From Pseudomonadota bacterium (GTDB lineage Bacteria > Myxococcota_A > UBA9160 > SZUA-336): a DNA stretch of 64,000 nt. This document shows positions 28,076 to 36,400 of the stretch, one piece after another. Each line of letters starts with the position of its first letter. Positions within the stretch are counted from its first letter, which is position 1. Below the pieces are notes generated by a model, which worked only from the letters and a program-made list of their open reading frames with translations, had not been told where the DNA came from and ran no database searches. The stretch covers positions 101,021 through 165,020 of the forward strand of contig QJZC01000058.1 in NCBI GenBank assembly GCA_003247575.1, in the 5' to 3' direction. A program made the position numbers and the translations under genes.

Positions 28076-29233
28076 GTGGCGCGTCACATCCCGATCGCGT
28101 GGCTGCAGCTACGTCGCGACAAGCTCCGGCTCCTGGTCGGCGTCGCCGGAGTCACCTTTGCCGTCATTCTCATCTTCATGCAGCTCGGCTTTCAGAGTGC
28201 CGTTTACGAGAGTGCGACCCGCTATCACCGCAGCTTCGACTACGACCTGGTACTGGTCAGCCCCAAGACGCCGTTCATCGGCTTCCCCGAGGGCTTCTCT
28301 CGCCGTCGCCTCTACCAGGCCCTGGGCGTCGCCAAGGTCGAGAGCGTGAGCCCGGTCTACATCCAACAAGGCTTCTGGAAGAACCCGTGGACCTTCGGCG
28401 CACGCAACATCGTCGTCATCGGAGTGGACCCCGCCCGGCGCAACTTCGCGCGTTCCGACATCGCCGACCAGCTGCGGCGGGTCCGACGCGAAGACGTCGT
28501 CCTGTTCGACGGTCGCTCCAGGCCCGAGTTCGGTCCCGTGGCCGCGCGCTTCGCGGAGCAGGGAGGAGTTCGCACCGAGGTCAACGACCGCCGCATCCGT
28601 GTCGATGGCATCTTCGAGCTGGGTACGTCGTTCGGCATCGACGGCAGCTTGATCACCAGCGACCTCAACTTCCGCCGGCTCTTTCCCGATCGCGCGCCGG
28701 GCCGAATCGATCTCGGCCTGATCCAGCTGACCGAGGGCGCCGACATCCGTGCGGTCCGCGCGGACCTCGAGGGCGCGCTCGAGGACGACGTGCAGGTTCT
28801 GACTCGGAAGCAGTTCATCGAGCGCGAGGTCGCCTATTGGTCCAGTACCACGCCGATCGGATACGTCTTCGGGTTCGGGGCGATCATGGGGCTCGTGGTA
28901 GGCGCCGTGATCGTCTACCAGATCCTGTTCGCAGACGTCTCTCAGCATCTGCGCGAATACGCGACCCTCAAGGCAATGGGCTACTCGAACCGCTTCCTCT
29001 CGAACGTCGTTCTCCAGGAGTCGGCGATCCTGTCGATCTTGGGCTATGCACCCGGAATCGCCGTGACCTGTGGGCTCTATGCCGTGACCGCGGACGCGAC
29101 GCGTCTACCGGTGGAGATGACGGCCCCGCGGGCGTTGGCCGTCTTCGCCCTCACCTGCGGAATGTGCGGCGGCGCCGCGCTCATGGCCCTGCGCAAGGTG
29201 CGAGCTGCCGATCCAGCGGAGATCTTCGGTTGA
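28076..29233 (+). CDS. devC: DevC-family ABC-exporter permease (FtsX-like)
   Basis: MARHIPIAWLQLRRDKLRLLVGVAGVTFAVILIFMQLGF, then a large periplasmic loop and three C-terminal TM spans (FtsX topology). GTG start has GAGGAG 6 nt upstream. Confidence 0.85.
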   Translation: MARHIPIAWLQLRRDKLRLLVGVAGVTFAVILIFMQLGFQSAVYESATRYHRSFDYDLVLVSPKTPFIGFPEGFSRRRLYQALGVAKVESVSPVYIQQGFWKNPWTFGARNIVVIGVDPARRNFARSDIADQLRRVRREDVVLFDGRSRPEFGPVAARFAEQGGVRTEVNDRRIRVDGIFELGTSFGIDGSLITSDLNFRRLFPDRAPGRIDLGLIQLTEGADIRAVRADLEGALEDDVQVLTRKQFIEREVAYWSSTTPIGYVFGFGAIMGLVVGAVIVYQILFADVSQHLREYATLKAMGYSNRFLSNVVLQESAILSILGYAPGIAVTCGLYAVTADATRLPVEMTAPRALAVFALTCGMCGGAALMALRKVRAADPAEIFG

Positions 29234-30621
29234 GCGCGCCGCCGATCGAGATCGAGCAGGTGAACTACGCGTACGGCGAGGGCAACCTGCGCCGTCAGGT
29301 GCTCTTCGATGTGAGCGCGATCATCCGCACCGGCGAGATCGTGATCTTGAGCGGGCCCTCTGGGTCCGGCAAGACGACCCTGCTGACCCTGATCGGTGCA
29401 CTTCGCTCGGGTCAAAAAGGCAGTCTCCGCATCTTGGGTCACGAGCTCCGCGACGCCGACGAGCAGACCTTGACGGAGGTACGCCGCGAGATCGGCTACG
29501 TGTTCCAAGCGCACAACCTGCTCGAAGCCCTGACCGCGGCGCAGAACGTCGAGTTGGGCCTGCAGCTCCACGACGGCTGGGCCGCCGACGCACGCAAAAA
29601 ACGTGCGGAGGAGCTCCTCGAGAGTGTCGGTCTCGAGGGCTTCGCAGCGCGCCACCCCTCGCAGATGTCGGGTGGCCAGCGACAGCGCGTAGCCGTCGCT
29701 CGCGCGCTGGCCGGCGAGCCGCGCATCCTGCTGGCCGACGAGCCGACCGCTTCGCTGGATCGCCACACGGGGCGCGAGATCGTCTCTCTGATCCAGCGAC
29801 TCGCGCGCGAGCGCGGCGTGACCGTCGTGCTCGTCACCCACGACTCTCGCATCCTGGACATCGCCGATCGCATCCTCTCGCTGGAGGACGGGCGACTGAG
29901 CTCGTTCATGAGTGCGGTCACGACCGACACCCAGCATCTCTGGAGCCTATTGGCTCGGGACATCCAGCACGGCGAGCTGGTGCGGCGCGTCCGAGAGATC
30001 GAGGCCGACCGCTTCGCCGATCTGCTCAAGCAGGTCACGGAGGAGACGCAGGAGCTGGTGGCCATGGTGGACCTCGCTCAGAGCCAGACGTTCGACAGCA
30101 TGCTCGCTCAGGTGCTCGACGCCTTCGCGCTCAAGGCGGGCGAGCTGCTCGGCGCCTCGCAAACGCGCGTCTACCTGATGGACGAAGCCAAGCGCGAGCT
30201 CTTCTCGCTGGCCTCTGGATCCGACTCTGGATCAGAGACACCGCTCGAGATGCGCGTCTCGCAGGAAGCGGGGATCGCCGGCAAGGTCGCCGCGTCGGGG
30301 ACGACCCTGCTCCTCGACGACGTAGGCTCCGACCCCGCGTTCCATCCGGGCGCCGATCTCGGACAGCCCGGCCAGCGGCTTCTGACGACCCCACTCTCCG
30401 ACTCTACGGGCAGCGTTTTCGCGGTACTCGAGTTGGGACGACCGCAGCAGGCGCCCACTTTCACGCACGAGGATGAACAGCGGATCCAGGACCTGACGCA
30501 CTCGCTGTCTACCGTGCTGGAGTCGTGGTTCCGGATGAGTTGCAGCTGTCGCGTGGATCGAGGACTGCGGGAGGGCCGCTGCTGCGGCCAGCCCCATCCA
30601 CCCGGGACGGAGTGCCCCTGA
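29230..30621 (+). CDS. devA: DevA-family ABC ATPase fused to a C-terminal GAF domain and a Cys-rich tail
   Basis: C-terminal 463 codons of track ORF 28099-30621. TTG at 29230 forms TTGA with the devC stop. Walker A GPSGSGKTT, signature MSGGQRQR, Walker B LLADEPT. After about residue 270 there is a GAF-like pattern (...TRVYLMDEAKRELFS...GIAGKVAASGTTLLLDDV..DP.F......LLTTPL...GSVFAVLEL). The tail is SCSCRVDRGLREGRCCGQPHPPGTECP. Confidence 0.8.
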   Translation: MSAPPIEIEQVNYAYGEGNLRRQVLFDVSAIIRTGEIVILSGPSGSGKTTLLTLIGALRSGQKGSLRILGHELRDADEQTLTEVRREIGYVFQAHNLLEALTAAQNVELGLQLHDGWAADARKKRAEELLESVGLEGFAARHPSQMSGGQRQRVAVARALAGEPRILLADEPTASLDRHTGREIVSLIQRLARERGVTVVLVTHDSRILDIADRILSLEDGRLSSFMSAVTTDTQHLWSLLARDIQHGELVRRVREIEADRFADLLKQVTEETQELVAMVDLAQSQTFDSMLAQVLDAFALKAGELLGASQTRVYLMDEAKRELFSLASGSDSGSETPLEMRVSQEAGIAGKVAASGTTLLLDDVGSDPAFHPGADLGQPGQRLLTTPLSDSTGSVFAVLELGRPQQAPTFTHEDEQRIQDLTHSLSTVLESWFRMSCSCRVDRGLREGRCCGQPHPPGTECP

Positions 30622-30699
30622 TCCTGATCGCGATCCCGAGACGGTCCACGGGTGCTTCGCGCGATTCGACCATCGGCGGTCCCTCCTGGACTCCGTGGA

Positions 30700-30735
30700 T
30701 TGACAATTTGTAAGACTGATACTTACACTTTGTCA
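30700..30735 (+). promoter_or_regulatory. AT-rich promoter plus imperfect palindromic operator immediately upstream of padR
   Basis: TTGACA (30700-30705), 18-nt spacer, TACACT (30724-29). Inverted repeat tgacaatttgtaag (30701-14) / cttacactttgtca (30722-35), 12 of 14 positions complementary. The ATG at 30737 has no Shine-Dalgarno sequence. Confidence 0.55.
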
Positions 30736-30736
30736 C

Positions 30737-31039
30737 ATGAAGCCCCCCAGACTCTCGCGCAAGGAATTCCTGATCCTCGACCTGCTCACCTCGAACGGTG
30801 AGTGCTTCGGCCTCGAGCTGGTGCGCGAATCCGCCGGTCAACTCAAGCGCGGCACGGTGTACGTGACCCTCCAGCGCATGGAGGAGAAGGGGCTGGTCGA
30901 GTCCCGCCTCGAGCAGCCCAGCGAGCCGCGTGCCGGTCTGCCGCGGCGCCTGTTTCGTCCGACCCGACACGGCCTCGCGCTTCTGCGAGCCATGGAGCTC
31001 GCAGCCGCCCACCTGAACACAGCGGAGGTACTCCCATGA
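30737..31039 (+). CDS. PadR-family transcriptional regulator
   Basis: 100 aa. KEFLILDLLTSNGECFGLELVRES...GTVYVTLQRMEEKGLVESR is the classic PadR winged-helix pattern. Confidence 0.9.
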   Translation: MKPPRLSRKEFLILDLLTSNGECFGLELVRESAGQLKRGTVYVTLQRMEEKGLVESRLEQPSEPRAGLPRRLFRPTRHGLALLRAMELAAAHLNTAEVLP

Positions 31040-31950
31040 GTTCGATTCGACCCCATGCCAACGCGCGAGCAGCACGCCAGGCGGTCATCGATCCCAAGAT
31101 CTTCGAGCAGATGCCGGGTAGGCGCTGGCGCGCCGTGCTCGCGGTCCTGCTTCCTGGGGAGATGCTCGGTCACGTGATCGACCCCATCCTGGCGGACCTG
31201 CATGCGGAGTGGTGCGATAGCCCGGAGCACTCGCTCGAACGCGCGCGGGCCTACCTGCGCTTCGCTCGCGACGTGCTCCGCGCGTGCGCGTACCTGATGG
31301 TGGGCACTGCGCTGCGCTCGTCGCGGAAGCGCGTGGCGACCACCAGCGGCGCCGCCATCATCACCCTGAGTCTGTACTTCGTGATGCAGAGCCTGATCGC
31401 GGCTCCCGCGACTCCCCTCAAGCCGCAAGCGCCGCCGCTCGGCTCGCTTCGAATCACGCCCCCGTGGGTCGAACCTCCGCCCCCCAAGCGCTTGGAGGCG
31501 TGCTGGGAGGCCGTTCCGGAACGGCCTGGGCCCTTGGATCTCCCGGAGACCACCCCGCCGGTAGACTTTCGCTCACCCCCGAGTCGGAACCAGACTCCAT
31601 TCCCCAAGCTCTCTCCACTCCCGAATCCCGGTCCGCCCCGCATCGCAGGCTTCTCGCCGGATCTCCGTGTAGATACCTGCCTCCCGTCCGCACGCGTCGA
31701 GCCGGAGTACCCCATGCGGGCGCGCGAGCGCGGCATCGTGGGGAAGGTCTGGGTCGAGCTCGAGGTCCAGCCAAACGGAAGCGTGGACCAGGTACGCATC
31801 CTCGACTCGCCCCATCCGTTGCTGAGCCGCGCGACGGAGAGAGCGGTGCGCAAGTGGCGCTACCGACCCAGTCGCGCTTCGGAAGCGGCGCCCGAGCGTT
31901 CGGCCTGCGGCACAGTGCAGGTCGTGCTGACGTTCGAGCTCCCGGAGTGA
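31036..31950 (+). CDS. Membrane protein with a PadR-associated N-terminal prefix region, Pro-rich linker and TonB C-terminal domain
   Basis: C-terminal 304 codons of track ORF 30802-31950. ATG at 31036 overlaps the padR stop (ATGA) and has GGAGGT upstream. Two TM spans and a Pro-rich spacer. C-terminus VEPEYPMRARERGIVGKVWVELEVQPNGSV..VRILDS...A..AVRKWRYRP matches the TonB_C pattern. Confidence 0.75.
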   Translation: MSSIRPHANARAARQAVIDPKIFEQMPGRRWRAVLAVLLPGEMLGHVIDPILADLHAEWCDSPEHSLERARAYLRFARDVLRACAYLMVGTALRSSRKRVATTSGAAIITLSLYFVMQSLIAAPATPLKPQAPPLGSLRITPPWVEPPPPKRLEACWEAVPERPGPLDLPETTPPVDFRSPPSRNQTPFPKLSPLPNPGPPRIAGFSPDLRVDTCLPSARVEPEYPMRARERGIVGKVWVELEVQPNGSVDQVRILDSPHPLLSRATERAVRKWRYRPSRASEAAPERSACGTVQVVLTFELPE

Positions 31951-32041
31951 TGCCGGGCCAGCACGGGCAGTCGCCAGTCAGCGCGCGGCCGATGCCCTCG
32001 CACGGTTGACACTGTCGGAGACGCCGGAGTACGAAGGGCCT

Positions 32042-32533
32042 ATGACACAGCTACGAGACTTCACACCCAAGGGCATCGACGGAGCTCCACACTCACTCTC
32101 CAGCTACGCGAATCAGGTCTGCTTGATCGTGAACGTAGCCAGCAAGTGTGGACTCACCCCGCACTACAAGGGTCTGCAGGCACTGTACGAGAAGTACAAG
32201 GACCGCGGCTTCTCCGTCCTCGGATTCCCCTGCAACCAGTTCGCGGGGCAGGAGCCGGGCACGGAAGCCGAGATCCAGCAGTTCTGCGAGGCTCGGTACG
32301 GGGTCTCATTCCCGCTGTTCTCGAAGATCGAGGTCAACGGCCCCGGTCAGGATCCCCTGTTTACCTGGCTCACCTCGATCGACGCGGCGCCCGAAGGAGC
32401 AGGCGCGATCAAGTGGAACTTCGGCAAGTTTCTGGTTGGGCGCGATGGCGCGTTGCTCGCCCGATTCGGCCCGCGCACCGAGCCCGAAGCACCCGAGCTG
32501 GTTCAGGCGATCGAATCCGCGCTCGCAGACTAG
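32042..32533 (+). CDS. Glutathione peroxidase (Cys-type)
   Basis: VNVASKCGLTPHYKGLQALYEKYKDRGFSVLGFPCNQFAGQEPG and WNFGKFLV are hallmark motifs. The active-site codon is TGT (Cys), not TGA. ATG at 32042 is preferred over the track's TTG at 32006. Confidence 0.9.
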   Translation: MTQLRDFTPKGIDGAPHSLSSYANQVCLIVNVASKCGLTPHYKGLQALYEKYKDRGFSVLGFPCNQFAGQEPGTEAEIQQFCEARYGVSFPLFSKIEVNGPGQDPLFTWLTSIDAAPEGAGAIKWNFGKFLVGRDGALLARFGPRTEPEAPELVQAIESALAD

Positions 32534-32551
32534 TGTCCTCAGTCAGGACAC
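32533..32551. terminator. Short hairpin between convergent gpx and DUF4124 genes
   Basis: gtgtcct (32533-39) / aggacac (32545-51), a perfect 7-bp stem with a 5-nt loop that overlaps the gpx stop. No U-tract. Confidence 0.3.
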
Positions 32552-32585
32552 TCGCCGCGCGCCGAGGCCAAGAGCTCTGCGCGAA

Positions 32586-33140
32586 TCAGCGCAGCCAGCC
32601 GGGCGGAACACCCAGCTCGCGCGCACGCTCCTCGAAGCGCTCGAAAGCATCACGCGCCGCCTCGAGCTTGCGCTCGAGGCGGTTCACGCGTCGTTGGTAG
32701 ATGGCAGCCCGTCCGAGGGCGTAGGCACTGCTCAGCTGATCCTCGGCGTGCTCCAGCTGGCTCTCGAGCGATTCCACCTTCTGCTCGAGCGAGCGCGCCC
32801 GCGAGCGCCATTGCCCTTCGCGCATCCCTCCCAACGAGGTGGGCTCCTGCTCCTCGAGCTTGCGTAGACGTCGCGCCGCGTCGGTCTCCGGGCGGCGCCG
32901 TCCGCGCGTAGGCGCCGTGCTGGCCATCGGGTCGCCGACACCCGAGACGATGTTCACCTCGGCAGAGCTCTTGCTCGAATCGAGCCCCCGAACCTGGCGC
33001 GCGTCGGGTGGCGGGTTGCTTCCGTAGTGAACTCTGCCCTGAGGATCGATCCACTGATAGATCGTATCCGCGTGCACGACCTGCACGACAGGAGTCAACA
33101 GCAGTACGATCGAGAACAGCCAGGGCCTACACGAGCACAT
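32586..33140 (-). CDS. DUF4124 domain-containing periplasmic protein with a coiled-coil C-terminus
   Basis: Signal peptide, then DTIYQWIDPQGRVHYGSNPP (DUF4124 signature). The C-terminal half is a heptad-like, E/R/L-rich coiled coil. Confidence 0.75.
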   Translation of the reverse strand: MCSCRPWLFSIVLLLTPVVQVVHADTIYQWIDPQGRVHYGSNPPPDARQVRGLDSSKSSAEVNIVSGVGDPMASTAPTRGRRRPETDAARRLRKLEEQEPTSLGGMREGQWRSRARSLEQKVESLESQLEHAEDQLSSAYALGRAAIYQRRVNRLERKLEAARDAFERFEERARELGVPPGWLR

Positions 33141-33241
33141 ACGCTCGGAATCGTCCCCGACGACGAGTCGCTTTATCCAGATCGCCGCAACCTTCGCAGA
33201 ACTCCGGAAGCGCGAATGCGTGCAAGCTCGCTCGTGGCCGG

Positions 33242-33331
33242 TGGCGGAGAGAGGGGGATTCGAACCCCCGGACGCCTTGCGACGTCAACGGTTTTCGAGA
33301 CCGCCCCGTTCAACCGCTCCGGCATCTCTCC
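33242..33331 (-). tRNA. tRNA-Ser (anticodon CGA), CCA encoded
   Basis: Reverse complement reads GGAGAGATGCCGGAGCGGTTGAACGGGGCGGTCTCGAAAACCGTTGACGTCGCAAGGCGTCCGGGGGTTCGAATCCCCCTCTCTCCGCCA. It has a 7-bp acceptor stem, anticodon loop CTCGAAA, a long variable arm, and a GGTTCGAATCC T-loop. Confidence 0.95.
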
Positions 33332-33462
33332 GCGGCGGAGCATAGCAAGCACGACCGCTGCCTGCAGCGCCTGATCGCGACAACTCGAGCCGGAGTCGCG
33401 CTCCGCAGGCTGACGCGGGGGCACGCTGGACAGCACGCGCTAGCACGCTCGGGCCAGCGCGG

Positions 33463-36400
33463 CTAGCAGAGCCGCCGGATCATCTGCGAGAGGACCGCGA
33501 GCGGTGCGAGGCCACGTCGTTCCTCGGCTTCGATCTCCTGCGCGGCTTCCGCAATCGTCTGGAGCGCGGTCGCCTGATCGTGGCAGAGGTGCTCGAACGG
33601 CGCCTGCTCGCCGGTTCCCTCGAGGAGGCGGGCGGTGATGCGTCGCTGCGTCTCCAACAGCTCGAGCACCAGGGCCTCGGCGGCCACGCGATCCCAACCG
33701 CCACGTCGCTCCAGGTCGCCCAAGCGGTCGAGTAGCCAGCTGACCCGCGTGACCTGTCCCACCTCGGTGTGCAGCCGCACCGCGATCGGCAGGGCGACGT
33801 CCGCACGAATCGCGATCGAGACGACCCCGAGGGATCGCACCACGAATGGAAGCTGCTCGATCTCGTTCGCGAGTTCGGGGTCGAGCCCTCGCTCGACCAG
33901 CCGCTCCGCGCGAACTCGGATCTTCGCGCGCTCCGACTCGGAGACGTCTCCGTTCGCTCCTTCGTTCACGACACCCCGGAGCCGCCGCACCAAGCCCGTC
34001 CAGTGCGCGAGCTCGCCAGGCTCGAGGAGCACGCGCCGCTCGAGGCCGAGGCGCGTGCGGGTCCCCCAACGCACCGCAGACTCGACACGGCGAGAGGCGT
34101 GCAGCCGCAACTCCTCGGGCACGTCCTGTCGTTCGATGGCCCAGCGCAGATGCTCGGCTTCGAGCATGTGGTTGACCATGTAGTACGCGGCGATGATCTC
34201 GGGCACTGTCGCGGCGAGCGTGCGCGTGAGCTCGGGCAGCAGAGTCACGCCCGCGCGATCGAGCACCCGGTTGCTGAGCACCGTCGCGGTGATCTCGCGC
34301 CGCAACGGGTGCTCGTGAATCTCGTTCGCAAAGCACTCGCGCAGCCGGTCGGGAAAGTAGGCCTCGAGCACCGGCAGGAACGATGGATGCGTGATGAGCT
34401 CGGCCTGTGTCAGCTCGCGCTTTGCCAAGAGCTTCGAGTAGCCCAGCAGCACCGCCAGCTCGGGACGCGTGTAACCATTGGGCGAGCCTGGACGCGCTCG
34501 GCCTCGCAGCTCCTCTCGCGTGGGCAGAAACTCCAGGGAGAGGTCCAGACCGGCATTTCGCTCGAGATATCGTGCGGCCAACACCATGCGTTCCGGCGTC
34601 TCTCGACAGCGGATCAGGTCCATCGAGACTCCGTGACTCTGGGACTCGTTGTGCGCGATCACGTAGGCGTCGGCCTGACCGGCGCAGTCTCGCAGCAGGA
34701 CGTTTCGCTCAGTGTGAGTCATGCGACGCTTCTGCACGCTGCCCGAGAGCAGGATCTTGAAGTTGACCTCCAGATCCGAGAGATCTACGCCACCCGAGTT
34801 GTCGACGGCATCGGTGTTGATGCGCCCACCCGAGAGGGCGTACTCGACGCGCGCGAGCTGGGTGAATCCCAGATTGCCGCCCTCGCCGATCACGCGCGCG
34901 CGCAGGTCGCGTCCGTTCACCCGCACGGAGTCGTTTGCGCGATCTCCCACGTCGGCATCGGACTCAGCGCTGCTCTTGACGTAGGTTCCGATGCCTCCGT
35001 TCCAGAGCAGATCGACAGTCATCTTGAGGATCGAGCGGACCAGCTTCTCGCCCGACAGAGCGTCGTCGGACAGGCCGAGCATCTCGCGCACGCGCGGGGA
35101 GAGCGGGATCGATTTCGCAGACCGCTCGAAGACACCACCGCCCTCGCTGATCTTCGCGACGTCGTAATCCCGCCAACTGGATCTCTCGAGCTCAAAGAGG
35201 CGCTTGCGCTCCTGCCAGGCGACGGCGGGATCGGGATCGGGATCGAGAAAGACGTGCTCGTGATTGAAGGCAGCGAGCAGCCGAGCGTTGCGGGCCAGCA
35301 GCAGGCCGTTTCCGAAGACGTCGCCCGACATGTCCCCGATGCCGGCCATCGTGAAGGTCTCGCTCTCGATGTCGATCCCGAGCTCCAGGAAGTGGCGGCG
35401 CACGCAGATCCAGGCGCCACGCGCCGTGATGCCCTCGGCCTTGTGATCGTAGCCATCGCTACCGCCGCTCGCGAAGGCATCCCCGAGCCAGAACTCGAAC
35501 GACTGGGCCACGCGATTCGCGGTGTCCGAGAGGTGCGCCGTACCCTTGTCCGGCGCGACCACGAGATACGGGTCGTCTCCATCCTGCCGCACGACGCGCG
35601 GCGGCGGTGTCACGGCCCCGTCGTGCATGTTGTCGGTCAAGGTCAGTAGCGCCCCGACGAAGCGCGCATACTGATGATCCGCAGCGGATCGCGCTGCCTG
35701 GCGGTCGTCGAAGCGCTGGCGAAGCACGAAGCCGCCCTTGGCGCCGACGGGCACGATCAGCCCGTTCTTCACCATCTGGGTCTTCATCAGTCCAAGAACC
35801 TCTTGACGGAAATCCTGGATCCGGTCGCTCCAGCGCAGTCCTCCTCGCGCGATGGGCCCGCCGCGCAGGTGCACGCCACTCATCTGCACGGACTGCACGA
35901 ACATCTCCATGAACGGGCGCGGATGCGGTGCGAACGACAACCGCTTGGAGTCGATCTTGAACACGAGCAGGTCGTGTCCGTTCGGATCGATGTAGTACGA
36001 AGTGCGCATCGTGCAGCGGATCAGCTCTTCGAGCATGGCGAAGATCTTGTCTTCATCGGCCGTCGGAATCGGCTCGCGCTCCTCGGCGAGGCGCCGCAGC
36101 GCACTCTGCTCGAGCGGCGCGCGATCCCCTTGGAGCTCGGGATCGAAGCGAGCGGCGAACAGCCTCCAGATGCAGCGGGTCGTCTCGGGGTAGCGCAGCA
36201 GGATCTCTGCCACCACGCTCGGTCGCAATCCGATCCCGAGCTGCGCAGCGTAGGCGAAGTAGGCACGAAACAGATCGACCTGCTTCCACTCGAAGCCCAC
36301 GCCGAAGATCAGACTATTGAGCGCATCGGCTTCCATGGCCCCGCGCAAGACGGCTCGGAGTCCCTCGACGACTCGCTTCTCACGATCGCGCAGGAGCTCG

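Noticed and set aside
28099-29229. First about 377 codons of the 840-aa track ORF (28099-30621)
   Set aside because: It overlaps devC out of frame and has an Arg/Pro-rich nonsense composition. The real DevA-type NBD begins at the TTG at 29230.
32042-32533. Possible selenocysteine in the glutathione peroxidase
   Set aside because: The active-site codon in VASKCGLT is TGT (Cys). There is no in-frame TGA and no SECIS-like hairpin.
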